A stretch of 63,329 bases of DNA, counting the filler, from Folioceros fuciformis (Eukaryota), in the NCBI GenBank assembly GCA_049999805.1. It is 13 parts of 13 records of this genome, joined end to end, with 100 filler letters (N's around TTAATTAATTAA, not from the genome) between each part and the next. Parts side by side here need not be neighbours in the genome. Positions count along the whole stretch, not along the records: positions 33,176 to 38,465 come from JBNGIO010001796.1; positions 38,566 to 44,142 come from JBNGIO010001797.1; positions 44,243 to 49,738 come from JBNGIO010001798.1; 10 more parts are not named here. The stretch is one strand, 5' to 3'. A program made the position numbers and the translations under genes. Of this stretch, positions 36,455 through 49,838 are shown one piece after another; positions within the stretch are counted from its first letter, which is position 1; each line of letters begins with the position of its first letter. The notes beneath the pieces were generated by a model that worked only from the letters and a program-made list of their open reading frames with translations, searched no databases and was not told the DNA's origin.

Positions 36455-38395
36455 TCAGCACAGTTTCATGAGTTCTGACTGTGGTTCAGACCTGACACCT
36501 GTCCATCCCATCAACGGCTCCCATTCGGGAATAATATCCACAGTTTTGGTGACGTCCACTAAAGACTTCCAAAAAAAGGGAGAAACAAGGAAGCTGTATA
36601 CTCCAATAGCAAGCGCCCTGATGATCCCGCCGCTGTAGTAGGGGAATGCCATCACAAAAAGGCTTCCGGTTACACATATCCAGGGAGTAAGCATGGGCAA
36701 CGCAGGCAATGCAGGACAAACGCATAAGAAGACCGCCAGCAATGCCAAAGAGCTTAGTAAGAAAATCCCCCATCCCATTAACGGGTGCGCTGTTGTTGGA
36801 ATGATGTAGAAGGGCATCAAGAAACTAGCAAAGAGCAGGGCCACAATGACAGCCTTGAGGAGAAGAGGGTGAAAAACAAAACTTTGCTCCGAGCAAGGTC
36901 CCCGGCCCAGGCACGACTTCATAGGAGGCTTGTCACATGAGGGAGTGCGTCGTCTAATTATAGTTGCAACGACCAAGACGGCCAGAGAAAAAATAGCTCC
37001 AGCTATCATCCAGGGGCTTTCAGCGCCATAGCTGCAGCAACGAGACAGAACTGGTGGTGAGCATGAGACACAACTGATTCAACGCCAGAAATCGCAAGAA
37101 AGGGAATTGGGAGGAGGCAGCAACAGGAGTAGTAGCTACCCAATGGTTCGCAGCCGTTGAGAGTGCCACTCCAGGCCCAGAGGCAGAACAGGCCAGGACC
37201 ACCAGTACCATGGCTTCAACAATGGGACGCTAGGGAAAGTAATCACACTGTTACTGCCACACGGAACATTCCACCTGAGCTTGAGATCTGCACATGTGGA
37301 TTGCAAAGGGCAGCAGTTAACACTAGAAAGCCAGAGAACGAGGCACAGTCCCCCAAGCACAAGCGAAAGCAAAAGAAGGCGGCTGCTGGAGGCATAAAGA
37401 TTACGAAGGTGGGCACTCACAGAAAAAGGAGGCATCCATCTGATACCCTAAAGGCAGGCGATAGTGGCCCTTCAAGCGAACCCCATCGCTTGGAGGCTTG
37501 AACAAAGGTGCATCCAGAAGATCAGAATAATAAGAGGTGAGAAAGCCTTGATCCGCCCCATCCGCATTGGGTCGGCCGCTGGTGAGATCATTCATCATAT
37601 CCTCAAAAGTTTCCATGGAAGGCTGCGGAGAATCAGAAGACAAGAGATGAAGCACCAGGGTAAGAGAGAGAGAGAGAGAGAGAGAGTGGGCAGAGGATGG
37701 AGGCGAGGAAGAAGCAACACGAAGGGGTGTGAAGAGTGACATTACCTCCAAAACAAAAAGGCCGGTGTGAAAAATGCAAGGGTTGATAAAGGAAGCACAG
37801 AAGTTGCCACACAAGAAGAGCTCATCCGGCGGCCGCAGAAACAGGTTATCAGCATCCAGCATAACCACCCTGTCGTAATCCGTTAACGTCCAGGCATAGA
37901 GCTTGTTGAGCGTAGAGAGAAAGCGGCGATCAAACTTGGGCTGGTTCTTGTAAGGATTGTCGATGTCATCCACAATTTTAACCGTCACATTCTCCGACTT
38001 CCTGCAACAGTGAGAGGCAAGAGCAAGGCGGTGAGCACCCAGACACTTGCACCTCCAGCAAACATCGGAAAAACATGGGGAAAATCCTAGATCTGAACTG
38101 ACAGAGTCTGGATCCACTTGTCGGGGACGTCCCTGGACGCGATCACCACCCGGTCCGCATCCACATCAAACCGGTGCAGAGAGCGCAGCATTACCCGCGC
38201 CGCGACGTAGAATTCGTAGTCCCTCGGCGTGCCCATGTAAATCATGGTAGCATAAGCGTTCCTGGATTTGGCCCGGGCGGGCGCGGAGGAAGCCTGCACC
38301 CCGCACGCGAGCAGCGGCAGGAGGAGGAAGAGCAGCAGCAGCAGCAGGCGCCATGGCGAGGCAGCGGCGCAGGTTGGCGGCCCAGGACGCCTCAT
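36455..38395 (-). CDS. PGSIP8: Glycosyltransferase family 8, putative glucuronosyltransferase PGSIP7/8
   Basis: Exons 38395-38103, 38001-37746, 37622-37421, 37287-37140, 37032-36455. Signal peptide, NAYATMIYMGTPRDYEFYVA, LNKLYAW..YDRVVMLDADNLF, FHTGLFVL, DGADQGFL, LKPWYWWSWPVLPLG, then several C-terminal TM helices. Confidence 0.93.
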
Positions 38396-38565
38396 CCTGC
38401 AGACTGGGCAAGGCCGGGGACGCGGCCGGGCACCACGCACCAGGCCCGCACACACACACACACACNNNNNNNNNNNNNNNNNNNNNNNNNNNNNNNNNNN
38501 NNNNNNNNNTTAATTAATTAANNNNNNNNNNNNNNNNNNNNNNNNNNNNNNNNNNNNNNNNNNNN

Positions 38566-41500
38566 TCGACGAGGTCGCTGTAACTCAGCAGGGACGCCTG
38601 CACAGGACCGGCAGACGGATCAGCCCAATTTTCATGGGATACAGCTAGAAATTTCTGAACCGGAAATTGGAAGGTCAGGGGCTGTTGTGGATAATGATCA
38701 CCTACTCTGGCGCATCAACAATCTACAGGGTCAGTTGATCCAAATGTTTACCGTTCAGAATTCATGGGTGATAGAGAGACTTGATCAGATTAGTGAGCAC
38801 TTGGTTCAAATTAGTGAGCGCAGGAAATTTGAGCAGGTGGATTTTCCATTACCCATGTCGGTGGCATCACCAGCAATGGGATTGTATCTTCCCACCTTGT
38901 CTCCAATCCCTAGAAAACCGGACGCTCACAGTAGTTAGGGTTTCGTGTGAACAGTTGCTTCACATGACTGGGGCATTTTTCAGTTAGGGTTTCTGTGCAC
39001 ATACCTTTTCATGCTGACGTTTTGCATGAACTTTGTTGTTTCCTGTGCCTCTCCCTTCAATGCCCTGTCCCTTCATGTTGTAGATGCCTTTTCAGATCTG
39101 CACATTTAGATAACACAGTTAGTCAACCATGCATGGATGATTGGTTACTGGATGACTTAGCAGAATCATTTTATAACCTTTTTTTAGTGGACTGATCCCT
39201 GCTGCTCCAGCCCAGAACCAAGGTCGACCCGGCATGTCTAACATAAATCCTCCCCTTCCCCCTCCTCCACCTCCGCCCTCTCTTTCACTTCCTGGTCCTC
39301 CTGGCCCTTACAACCCTGTCTTCACATCTAAACTCAAAGAAAAAGTTAGGTTTAATGGTCAGAAGTACGAGGTGTGGAGAGTGCGGATGAAGTCGACATT
39401 GTTGGCTAGAGGAGTCTGGGGTATTATAGATGGCTCTATTCCTGAGCCACCTGCAACTGCCATTCAAGCAGATAAGGATAAGTGGGCTCATGCAAACAGC
39501 ATAGGTATAGCCCTTCTTGTTTCTGGCCTGACAGAGGATCTCATTCCTCCTATAGAATTTCTAACCAAGGCTAGTGAAATTTGGTCCCAGTTAGAGAGCC
39601 AGTACAAAGTCAGTAATGTCCTTACACTATGTGCATTACGCACAGAATTCTATGGACTTAAGATGCGAGAGGGTGACAAAGTTCTTGCTCACACCAGCAA
39701 ACTTAGACATCTTCGAGCACAACTTACTTCCCTTGGTACAGTGATGGATGAGGTGGACGTGATTGCTCAGTTGCTCACCAGCCTACCACCAAGTTACCAG
39801 ACTTTTGTATCTGCCCACAATGTCCCCATCCGACAGGCTATAGCTGCCGGTGCTGCTGGGAGACAAATTACTATTACCCTAGACGAGGTTATAGGTGCCC
39901 TCTTCCAGGAAGAGCAGAGCAGGCTCATGTCAGGGACTGGGAAAGCCAAAGCTGACAGAGTGCTTACTGCATTCCGTGGCAGAGGGGCACATAAGGATAA
40001 AACAAAGATACAGAATTCACAACAGGGAAATAGAAACGAAGGGCAACGCAATCACGCAGGTCCTTCAACAAAACGTCCTGGAAGCTGCAATTGGTGTGGC
40101 AAACCTGGTCATTGGGCCAATGAATGCAGGAAGAAGAAGGCCGGGGAGCCTCGCAAGACTCCTCATCCTTCTGCTAGTTCTGTTGTTCAAGATAGACCTG
40201 CAGATTCCAGCAAACCGGTGGTTAAAATTCTAACCATCTGCCTGTCCACTCTCACAGGTGATAAGGCAGCCTGGTATTTGGACTCTGGGGCTACTGCCCA
40301 TATATGTCGTGAGGAATCCCTCTTCACGACATTGACCCCCTCCTCTAGTGTAGACAGAGTCTACTTGGGAGATGAACGGAATAGCACTAGCCTACGAATT
40401 CTAGGACAGGGGTCCTGCACATTTAGGCTAAGTGATGGGTCTACGCTTGCTCTTCCAAACATCCTGCATGTTCCAAGCATGGCCAAGAATTTGCTGTCTC
40501 TCAGCAAACTTTTTCAGCTCAAGATTTTCCAGCTAACAGCTCACGAGCATTACTGCTGTTTCTCTCGGATAGACTCCCCTTCCATATGTGTCTTTAGGGC
40601 TTTTCATAGGGAAACACCATGACTTTCCCTATGAAAAGAAAGAACGACACTTTCCCCTTATTTCAAGACTGGTTGACCACAGTGCAGCGCCAAACAGGCT
40701 GTCTCCTTAAGATCTTCAGATCTGATAACGGGACAGAGTTTGTAAATCAGTCTTTCGAAGACCTCTTCACAGAACAGGGAATTGTACACCAGTTTATTGT
40801 TCCTTACACACAGCAACAAAATGGTGTTGCTGAACGTAAAAACCAAACACTAATGGGCATGACACGAGCAATGCTGCTTTGGTCTAGTCTCTCCTCACCT
40901 TATTGGGCAGAGGCTGTGGTTACCTCTACCTATATTTTAAACCGCTTACCAACCAGCTCTTTAGTCTCCAAGACACCTTTTGAGCTGCTTTGGCATCGTA
41001 AACCGAGCCTTCTCCATCTCCGAATTTTTGGCTCTAAGGCCTTTGCCTATATTCCTGCAGACAAGAGGCGTAAGTTAGACAACCGCTCCAAACGTCTCAT
41101 CTTCGTGGGCTACAGCGAGACAGTCAAAGCATATAAACTTATTGACCCTGTTTCTCGACAACCAGTACTTGCCAGAAGTGTTACCTTTTTGGAATCCCTT
41201 CAGGCTGCTCCTATTCGAGATGAAGCACTTGATCCTTTTGAGCAGCCTGAAGATTCAGAAGTCCTAGATTATGAGCTTCCCGGTGTCATTTCTCTGTACC
41301 CCATGGATGTGGACGGCGCGGCCCCTAATTCTGCTGCAGGTAATCCTGGACAGGTCCCTGCTCAGTCACCACAAAATCCAGGACCAGCTCCTGCCCAGCT
41401 TCACAACCCTGGCCAGATCCTTGCCCAACCACAACCAGTTGCTGCTGGTCCTCATTATGATCCTGATCATACAGAACAGGATCCTGAGCATGGTAACCCA

Positions 41501-43631
41501 GATTTTGATTTTTCTGCGGAAGATGGGGAAGATGACTTACCTCCTCCTCAGCTATCTGTAGATGTTGCCCCTGCTCCAGTTGACTCTGATGAGGCTGCTG
41601 GACCTTGACGTTCATCAAGGCATAATCCTCCACCTTCTGAATGGCAGGAACCCCCTTATGCAAGCATTGACTTCAGACGCCCTACTATTTCATCAGTTTC
41701 CTCCCCTCCTGAAGTCCCTCCAGAACCAGTATCTCTTACGGAGGCACTTACTGGACTAGATAAAGACAAGTGGAAATTCGCTGTTGATGACGAATATAAT
41801 AGCCTAATAAAAAATGGCACATGGCGTCTGGTTCCTAGGCCTGCAAACAGGAAAGCCATTACCTGCAAATGGGTCTTTAAACACAAGCTCAATGCAGAGG
41901 GGCATATTGCCCGATATAAAGCTAGGTTATGTGCACGAGGATTTACCCAAGTCGCTGGTTTGGATTACCAGGAGACGTTTTCTCCAGTTGTGCGTGCTCA
42001 AAGTATTCGCATCATCTTAGCCCTTGCTGCACAATATGACCTTGAATTACAGCAGATGGACGTCTGCACGGCCTTCCTCCATGGTCTTCTTGAAGAAGAA
42101 CTGTATATGGAGCAGCCAGAGGGGTATGTAGACCCCGCACATCCTGACCACGTCTGCCAGTTAATCAAATGCCTATATGGACTTAAACAAAGTGCAGAAC
42201 GATGGTATAAAAGATGTGATACTGCCCTGAAGTCTCTTGGCTTCACACAGTGCAAAGCTGATTCAAATGTTTATATGTTTCGAGACGGATCTGCCTATGT
42301 TCTTCTTGCACTCTACGTGGATGATGTCATCCTTGCAGCCAGTAACCCTGCCATCCTGTCACATGTGAAGACACTCTTAAGAAATACCTTTGACATGACG
42401 GATAGCGGGGACCTTCTCTTTTGTCTCGGGATTCAAGTCCTGAGGGTTAGATTAGAAGGGCTGCTCATCATTTATCAATATAAGTACATAGCAGAAATTC
42501 TACATCGCTTCAACATGGGCCAGGCCCATCCAGCCACTACTCCTGGTGCTGTAGGCACAAAACTTACCAGACATGAGTCTCCTGTGACAGATGCTGATCA
42601 ACAGGACATGGCTGATGTGCCTTATCGCCAGGCTGTTGGTAGCTTAATTTTCGTCAGTAATTGGACCCGGCCTGATGTTCAACACTCTGTTAGCACAGTT
42701 TCTCAGTTCCTGGATAATCCAGGACGTGCCCACTGGACAGCAGTAAAACGGGTTTTCCGCTATCTTAAGGGCACACATTATCTTGGCTTGTGTTATAAAC
42801 GTACTGACCAGCCTCACCTTGTGCTTGATGGGTACACGGATGCAGACTGGGCCTCGGATAGTGACTCCCGGAAGAGTCTTTCTACATATGTTTTCCTCTT
42901 GGCACAGGTTGCTATCACCTGGAGCTGTAAAAAACAGACAAGTATTGCCCTGTCAAGTACGGAAGCAGAATATAAGTCCTTGACGGATGCTACAAAAGAG
43001 GTGGAATGGGCACGATCGTTCTTACACGACCTTGGGCAGACTCAAACAGATCCTACTTACCTCTGCTGCGATAATCAATCTGCCATTGCTCTCGTCGCCA
43101 ACCCACGCTTCCATGCTCGAACAAAACACATCGAAGTTCACCACCATTACGTCAGAGATGCTGCTGAGAGGGGCCTGGTTAAAATTCTCTATGTTCCTAC
43201 TGAAGACAATACAGCAGACATTCTGACCAAGGCTTTATCCAAAGATAAGCATCAAAAAAATCTTCAGGGCCTTGGATTGATGAACTTCCAGCGTTATTTC
43301 AAAGCACCAATATAACATGCTGCAGGTTAGGACTCACGGGGTGAGGCCCTGAATCCTCAATCCCCTTACGGGGTCACTCTTATCTTCCTGCAAGTCGAGT
43401 GACAGGGAGGGTTAGCCACAGTCTGTAAAAATCCACACACAGCAGCGAGCTCCAGCAGCACGTGGATGAAGCTCCACGATATTCTAATCACCTGCACGCT
43501 GGTTAGCCGCCGCCTCCTCTGCTTGCAACCGCTTGAACAAGGCCAACAGCCTCTGTGCTTCTTCCAATGGCCTCAGCAAGCTGTTGAATTCATCTTCAGT
43601 TTTCGCCCGACAGCTCCTCTTGCTTCCCGGG
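38566..43631 (+). mobile_element. Near-complete Ty1/copia internal region (5' UTR, gag-PR-IN-RT-RH, extra 3' region)
   Basis: ORFs 39234..40622 (gag, CNWCGKPGHWANEC, WYLDSGAT), 40619..41608 (SDNGTEF, QQNGVAERKN) and a continuous frame 41609..43315 (RT YVDD, RNase H). Confidence 0.96.
39234..43315 (+). pseudogene. Copia gag-pol polyprotein with an integrase N-terminal deletion and one nonsense codon
   Basis: Frame jump at about 40615, where the WHxRLGH/CxxC/first-Asp region is missing. TGA at 41606-41608, and the frame stays open from there to 43315. Confidence 0.9.
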
Positions 43632-44142
43632 TGCGAACCTCCAAAGTTTGGGGTAGTAGTTTGTTTTGGTTGAAAAAGGGTTAATAGTGGTATGGTTTGG
43701 TTTTCTTTTTCAATTTATTTTCCCTAATTTTTCTTGATTTTCTGGTCATTTTTACTATTTTTCTTTGTGCTAATTGGATTAATTGACCAAGAAATAGTGG
43801 GTTTGGTTATAAGAGTGGGTATAGGTTTGGTCCCAGAGCTGGGAAGGTTTAGGTTCGGTACCAGGCCATAGGGTTGGGTGATTAGTTTAATATTAGTTAA
43901 AGATATATAATATTAAATAATTAAATAATTAAATAATAATATTAAATAATTAAATAATAATATTAAATAATAAAAATAATATAATAATGGTTTGAACATA
44001 GGAAGGGGTATCTAGGTGTGTCAGTGTCAGGGGTCAGGGTCTGACGATAGGCTAGCTGATTGCTTGGCTGGCATGAACGGCTGTGGAGGCCATGCCCTAG
44101 CTAGAGCTAGAGGCAGGGGTTGCAGCCGCCCCCATGCCTTTT
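43632..44142 (+). repeat. High-copy LTR (copy 2) inserted in the copia 3' region
   Basis: Starts TGCGAACCTCCAAAGTTTGGGG. Matches 63183-63329 and the reverse complement of 2980-3454. Confidence 0.85.
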
Positions 44143-44292
44143 NNNNNNNNNNNNNNNNNNNNNNNNNNNNNNNNNNNNNNNNNNNNTTAATTAATTAANN
44201 NNNNNNNNNNNNNNNNNNNNNNNNNNNNNNNNNNNNNNNNNNTCTCGACCCACCGTATACCAGTGGCAGGAGAGGTGGTCACGTGGCCCCTG

Positions 44293-47200
44293 CTACAAGT
44301 TCTCGTCTTCAAGGTCGTCTGGAACGTGCAGCTTTTCAATTGCAGTCTGCAGGAATATGCCACACTTTAGAGCATCCACATCTTTCTTTTTCCAAACAAA
44401 CCTTTTCCAACCAACCCACACGCAGAATGATAGAAAGAGACACACCTTGATCAAGTTGACATCAGCGGTGGAAGGCTTCAGATCAAGGGCAATGCAGAAA
44501 TGATACATGGCACGCTCAGGCATATCCAGGCGCTTGTAGATCTTTCCCATGAGGAAAAACACTCCACTTTCTCGGGGAGCAACCTCTTTTAGTTCTTCTA
44601 GTCCGTGGAGAGCTTCGTTGTATCTCTCCTCGCTCATCAATACGTTAGCCTTCTGATACTTGGGTAGTGGGTTTTTGGGGTCAGCTACCATGGCTTGCTC
44701 CAGTAGAACTAGGGCCTCCTTGTTCTTCTGCAGAAGCAAATAGCCAGATGAACATGGTGCGCAAACAAAGAGCTCGTATCGCTCATCAAACAGCAACGAC
44801 ATGATAAGCCAAATGTCACCTTTAGTGCGTGATACGCCATTCCGAGGTAGCAGTGCAGCACGGAAGACCGATTGTTGATGTCTAGTGCCCGCCTAAAGTG
44901 ATACTCCGCTAATTCATACTTCTCTTGACGGAAGTATATTGTCCCTAAACCGTACCTGCGTGAACGTACGATCGTTAGAAATTGCTGCTACAGAAGCTGG
45001 ATTGCATGTCGTTCTGGACGCAAGTTTGATAATTACCAGGCATTGTAATGGCGTGAGTCTATCCTTATTGCATTTCGGTAATGCGTCAGGCCCTCTTCGA
45101 AGTCTTCCATCGCAACACATCTGCCATTCCAACAAAAGCAGAAGACGTAAGCAACAAACAGTCAATGCGCTCTAGATCACACAGACATACATCCAACCAG
45201 TACTTACTCGTGGCCACACAGAGTGTGGGCGTAAGTAAAATTAGCATCCAATTGCAAAGCTCGCTGGAAAAACTTCAAAGCAGCCTCATGGTCTTTTTGC
45301 AAACTAAATATGTTGCCCATCACGCACCTGGAACATTCCACCGACTATTTATAGACAGACCAGGTCGTGCCTATTTCACATTCGACATAAACACCAATTT
45401 ATCACATTACGTCTCATTAGAGCAGGTTACTGACCATGCTTGGGGCGATAATCTATCCATTGCAACCGTTTCCTGAGCCAGATAGCTCAGCTGAACTTCA
45501 TTCTTCATATGCTGTTACATATCAGCATCCGAGTGAGGCCAGATCTTCCCAAGCAGCTGACCTTTGAAGTCAGAAATCAGAAGCATGGACTAGCAAAACC
45601 CTTTCAGCAATGTTTGAGCCTTACATAGAGTACAGTGGAATATATGTCAGTGCCTTCAAGACGGTAAGGTGCAACTCTGCGAGCCCAGCTGAAGGAGCGC
45701 TCAGCCTCTGGGTAATCAACCATTTCAAAGTATGCTCTCCCCACCTGAACATCGAACGATAGAGAGGATCATCAATGAGTGCCGGGGGAATTTCCACCCT
45801 GGTTTTCCGTCGAATCAGAACTTGGAAGCAACCCACCTGGCAAAGAACCCATCCTGTGGCAAGATGCTGATGAGGCAATTTGTGAAAAGCCTGCAGAGCT
45901 TCCTGCAAGGGAATAATGTCGTTGACACACAGCTTTCCGTCAAGGAATGGACAACACTCCCAATTCTAGAAGGTGTCCCCAATGAATGCCTCATTACCTG
46001 ACATCGATACATACAGAGATGCCGAAAACCCTCCCCAAGAGTTCGCAGGAGTGTCAAAAGCTCCATGGGTCCTTCTGCAATCCTTGATGTCCGAGAAGCA
46101 CCAGTCGCCATAACATTTGACCTGCTGCGACTTAAAAGCTCGTCATCCGTGCTCCCCCCTAAACACCGGTAGTACACAAGCGTTATTCTTCCTCCTGGAG
46201 CTTCCACAGCCTTCTTCCTCAGAGGATCTCTGATCATTGAAACAAAATACATCTTACATTTGGTGTCTTAACATGCAATATGCACAGCATGCTGGACACA
46301 CCTTCATCAAAAGTACTCTCCATCGTTCCATAGCTGCCAGAATGACTTTTTCTCAAAGCACTGGCACGTGACGAGGCTAGAACAGATTTGCTGCCCGTCG
46401 TGGAAGTACTGGGAATGGCTGATACAAGTCCATTGCCAGCACCAAATCCACTCAGCATGGAACTTGCTGCTGATCCAGGGTGAGCTGAACCACTGCTATC
46501 CCCAGCATTAAGCCTAGAGCTGCGTCTGGGTACGGGTTCAGCAAATAGCCTTCCAGAGACCTGCCACAAGGAAAGGACGCATGTGAGCACATAACTGCTG
46601 AAACAAATACAGTAAACATACAACAGCACCATAAGATTTTCAGACGCCATCACATTAAGGGGTCCATGAATGGAGAGCCCAACTCCAACACCATGTGCAG
46701 GATAGGAAGACAAGGTAAAAGTATGCAAGCTGGCAAAGGCTAAATATCCAGCTCATTCAGGCTGAAGGGTTTCAACTACAAAGCGCACAAGGGCTCAAAT
46801 GCACGAGGGATGTGAGCATGCACCTGCGAATAGGAGGAACGAGTAGAGGCTGATCGAATGTTCTGCAGTCATGCCCAGACAAAAGGAAAGAATAAGGAGG
46901 CAGTGGTTCAGAAAATCTAACGGCCATGCTTCATATTCCATCCCCGCTCAAGAACTTCCTAAGCATCCTGCACCTCCTCTCATTAGATCCATGCAATCCA
47001 CAGTGCATGAGATGCCACACATGCCTCCTCTCAATCCCTGTCTAGCGAGCTTGTTCCTTTCATTAAGCCAGCCAGGACAGCCTACCAATGACATAGCGCA
47101 TAGCTGACAGAAGTCTGGCACTGCGAGAGGCCAGGCCAAGTGACATCCAGATGGACTACGCACTGGCCGGCACCCTGCATGAAGGTGTAGGTAAAGGATT

Positions 47201-49117
47201 TACATGTACTGTCTCATGACATGATGAAATGCAACCTATCGTGTTGCCATGATAAAAAACAACGTGAACAACCCCAAACAACCTATCCACACAAGAAAAG
47301 GTGAGGACACACTCGCACAGGACTCCATGGCAGGACACATTGAGATAGACAGCCAGTCAATCGTGAAGGCAGAATGGAGCAGCAAGCATGAGAGCCAGAC
47401 CTTGCGTACTTTCCCTTCATCAAGAAACTTTCGACGCTGCGATTGGCCTGGCCCAGCTGAATGTCGTGGACTATCTGTTGTGATGTGTTGTGTTGGATTA
47501 TTTGGCAACCCTTGTAAATTTCGAGCTGGAGCTGGAGGTACCCCCAGGGACATCTGCATTGGTGTGCGATCCATCAGCCCAGTGTGATACATACGGAGCT
47601 AACACATCAACTGCTTCAAGAAATCACCTTCAACAGAAAGAATCGGCATCCACGTCTGTCAGGCGGAGAAGAAAAGGCAGATTGTACCTGAGAAAGGCCT
47701 GGAGAGGGGGTGCTGAACGATGAAGGAGTGGTCAAAAAGTGGGAACTGGCAGGCGCTAGTGAAGCATGCCCTCCACCACCAATCCCATCATGCCCGTGCA
47801 AGGGGCCTTGGAACTTGCCCTGTTTTGGACTCCCATTGTTTGTAAATGGTGACCGAGGAGAATACACTCCAAATGGAACATCAAGATGATCAACACTCAT
47901 GCCCGCCGGAGCTGAAACCGGTGTTTGACGGTCCCGGTCCCAATGTCTGTGATGTTGTTGCTGCTGCTGCTGGAGCTGTTGCAAGCGCAAAACTGCAGCA
48001 TCTCCATAAAGGCTAGCAGCTTCTTGCTCAGCACCTAGTGAAAAACAAAATTAAATTAGAAATCCGGAAAACTATTCTCCATGCTTCCTTTCCCCAGTCC
48101 CGTTGACTTCTGGGCTGGAAGCGTAGCCAGCTGGATGTGCTTAGCGCAAGGTGAAAACCCAAGTGGCAGACGCACAAACATAACTTAGAATCCATTTGGA
48201 TGCAGTTGCAGAAACACGAGACAAGGAAACAAAAGGATGACATTAAGATCATTATGCCTCGCTTGAGACCTTAACGCAAGCAAATATATTTGCATACCTA
48301 GCATGCATAAGTCCTCGTAAGCACACCAGAAAAAAGGGTCCAGTGACAGAGCTTGGCTGTAATACTCAATCGCAGCATCCTTCCGATCAGTCAACCTGAA
48401 AAAGTTTGCCACAACAGCAACCAAGCGCACAGGGATGCACAGAGTCAAATCCTCCGGATCCATTTATCACATGAGCAACACATGAAATGCCCACAGAACA
48501 CCACCTGCAAATGAGCCCGAGCATGTACTTGCCAGCTGCGCCATTCGGCACCTGAGGGTAGCAGCACCGGTACACAAAAGGTCAGCCCCGTCGGGAACCC
48601 ATGGAAGTAGCCAAACAAGCAACAGCCTTCAGGAACTGAGAGAAAGTGGCACAACCTCTGCTCCGGGATCATGAGGTGATGAGAGAGCAGCTTCGGCCTC
48701 CGGTAGAAAATCCATTTCGAAGCACGCCAGCGAGAAGAGGTAACGACATTGCTCAGACTTGGTACCTGCCCGCAGCAGCGCAACGAAAATTTTCAAATTA
48801 CGGTCAGGGAGGAAGCAAATTTGGAAACCGAAGGGCAGCTCAAACCGCGCGAGCTGCTACCTTTCAGCACGTGGTATGCCCGGTACGCCTGGTTGCTCCG
48901 GAAATAACAGGTTGCCAGAAGATGCAGATTGTTCTGCGCACAACCGCAGCAGCACGTTCAGAATCCAACAAGGATCACATTGCGAGCGGGAAACAAGACT
49001 GAGATGCATCACCTCGGACGGGAACTCTGCGCATAATCTCTCGCACAAGAAGGTGGCATTGGAGTACATGTACAAGCGCAGGGATGAGCAGATACTCTCA
49101 ACCATGCACGCTTCCAT
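44293..49117 (-). CDS. CDC27: Cell division cycle protein 27 homolog / APC3 (TPR subunit of the anaphase-promoting complex), multi-exon
   Basis: MEACMVESICSSLRLYMYSNATFLCERLCAEFPSE, NLHLLATCYF, VPNGAAG, ALSLDPFFWCAYEDLCMLG, RRKFLDEGKVRK, LLRTLGEGFRHLCMYRCQ, TGWVLCQVG, FSLQKDHEAALKFFQRA..FTYAHTLCGHE, DPKNPLPKYQKANVL, AIEKL. GT-AG borders seen. Confidence 0.95.
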
Positions 49118-49631
49118 CCCCGCGCAAACCTGCAGACGCCGCGGCCTGTGCTCTCGCTGCAGACTCTACCATGTTCCAAACCTCGCGCCAGTTTTGTCCT
49201 GTTCACACTTGAACGGGTTCCCACGCCTAACGTTGTGCCAGCCGATGTATGGGATGCATCGTATAAACATCATACCTATGAAAATCCACATTCTTTTGCC
49301 TTTTTTGCCGACGGACGGGTGTCGTCTTAGGGTGCACCCATGTACAGTACTGTACATTGTGAACACTAACCAGTTTCTCCAAGCGCCTAACCATGGGACG
49401 TAGATAATAAAGCACGGAGACGGTGCAGTCAGGATAATGCTCCCTGGCCCAGAGTTGCTTCTGGAGTCTTCCGCATAGAGAGACCTAGAAGGCCGGTTAG
49501 CATCAGCGGCTGTGATTGCAAAACAGGAAGCAGTCAGGCTTCTCTTCATATATGTGATCGGCCTCTGCAACTGTGCTTCGTGAATTTCTTCTTGCTGTGT
49601 GGTCGGCCCCATCCTGCTCAGGATCGTGATC

Positions 49632-49738
49632 ATGGCAGCTGCAGTGGGGAGCGTTGCTGCCCTGAGTGCACCGGCTGCTGCGCCTGCCAAGGCCTCGGGC
49701 TCGGGCTCGGGCACTGTGGCGTCGGCGCAGTCTTACCT
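49632..49738 (+). CDS. Possible 5' end of a divergently transcribed gene (truncated by the contig end)
   Basis: ATG in good context (ATCATGG), GC-rich, translating MAAAVGSVAALSAPAAAPAKASGSGSGTVASAQSY. Too short to identify. Confidence 0.4.
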
Positions 49739-49838
49739 NNNNNNNNNNNNNNNNNNNNNNNNNNNNNNNNNNNNNNNNNNNNTTAATTAATTAANNNNNN
49801 NNNNNNNNNNNNNNNNNNNNNNNNNNNNNNNNNNNNNN

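Noticed and set aside
48759-49714. Overlapping 214-aa and 182-aa ORFs at the CDC27 5' end
   Set aside because: They overlap CDC27 exons, introns and promoter in non-coding frames; no protein motifs.
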